Shown in pieces: positions 62,849-64,000 of a stretch of 64,000 nucleotides of DNA. The notes under the pieces are model-generated. The model was not told where the DNA came from and searched no databases. It was given only the letters and a program-made list of their open reading frames with translations. The translations under genes were made by a program, and so were the position numbers. Each line of letters opens with the position of its first letter. Position 1 is the first letter of the stretch. The DNA comes from Antedon mediterranea (taxonomy: Eukaryota > Animalia > Echinodermata): the NCBI RefSeq assembly GCF_964355755.1, contig NC_092674.1:7998001-8062000 (forward strand), read 5' to 3'.

Positions 62849-63905
62849 ATGTCTTTCGTAAACTATTTGTCAAATGTTCTTCATCTGGTTTTAGTAATTC
62901 TCAGTGTGAGTTGTCTAATAGAGTCTTCAGGTACGTTAAAGAGTAAGAAGTAATCTATTTCTTTCTATTTGTTTGTTTTTATCAGGAGTGGATTCAGACA
63001 GCAAGTGACAATATAAACTAAAATGGACTGGTAAAGTAAACACTTAAGGAAGTAACCTACTTTAAAATAAAATGTGACAAATTATTAATCAGATGCATTT
63101 ATTTCTTCCTGCTCCTCTCTCTTTATGAATTAGATAATTGCAAATAAATTACTTCTATTCTGCAGATCCATTGGATATAACATGTTTTTCTGGCACACCA
63201 CTGACGACGTCTAGTAATGGTTGGTTTCGAGGATACGCAATTCAAGACGACAAAGATATCAGGAATATATCAGTTGGAATATTATACAAGAATATTGATG
63301 GGAAAGATAACGTGACTTGGGATGATACGGATGATGTTATCGACAATGCCATAAAAAATAAAGTTATGCCAGATGGTAAAATATTTCGTACAAGTAGCAG
63401 AATTACATACAGAGTACACAGATCCCACACTTTTCTAGGTGTTGCTGGCTTAAGCGCTCAAACTGATAGAGTTGGTGTATTTTCATTTGAAGCAAATAAA
63501 AATGGAGTAGTCACAAATTCAGCAATTGTACTGACATCCGCTTCTGGTGAGTAAAGCAAATATATCCATCATGATCTATATACATTTCATTCATTTGTGT
63601 TCATTGTAAGATGTTGACACACACGTAAAGCTTATTATTTATTTCAAATATAATAGCCAACATTGCAATGGAGTATAGAACAATAACGGTCGGTATTGGA
63701 GAATCTGTCACTATCAATCTCAGTAAAGGTGCTGATCTTAACGATTTACATTGGAGACATAATTACGGTGAAGACATACACAATCTGAGCGGTAATACGT
63801 CTGCTGTGGTTGAAAACATACGAAGAAAAGATGATGGAGTATATGAATGTTATATAGGTGATAGCCCGGATGGTAACCATGGTATCATGAGACTTATTGT
63901 TAGAG
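62849..63905 (+). CDS. Receptor-type PTP family copy 3, exons 1-3 (continues beyond window)
   Basis: Exons 62849-62930 (signal peptide MSFVNYLSNVLHLVLVILSVSCLIESS), 63166-63546 and 63657-63905 (Ig), paralogous to copy 2 exons 1-3. The cytoplasmic domain is not visible. Confidence 0.88.
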
Positions 63906-64000
63906 GTAGGCCAACGTAAAGTAGATGTATAAAATGCATTCTGATGCAAATCAGATTATAAATATTTGCATTATTTTATGTTATAATGTAATGTAAAGAT

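Overview
AT-rich animal genomic DNA with spliceosomal introns. An invertebrate deuterostome such as an echinoderm is plausible but is only an inference. The core is a head-to-tail tandem array of three paralogous receptor-type protein tyrosine phosphatase genes on the + strand. Copy 1 has exons 4-27 at 17999-28170, copy 2 is complete with 27 exons and about 1402 aa at 45576-59198, and copy 3 has exons 1-3 at 62849-63905. Their architecture is signal peptide, N-terminal domain, Ig, four EGF-like exons, 3 FN3, TM, Tyr-rich (ITAM-like) juxtamembrane segment, PTP D1 and PTP D2: a Tie-like ectodomain joined to a tandem phosphatase instead of a kinase. Positions 1-17713 look like one large satellite-filled DNA-transposon-like insertion in intron 3 of copy 1. 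Between copies 1 and 2 lies a reconstructable nest: a Rex1/Babar-like LINE contains an RTE-X-like LINE, which contains a Helitron and an Ngaro/DIRS-type tyrosine-recombinase retrotransposon carrying a 45-bp satellite. Two more copies of the Helitron, MITEs and DINE-like elements are also present. All coordinates and translations were derived by eye; no database search was run.
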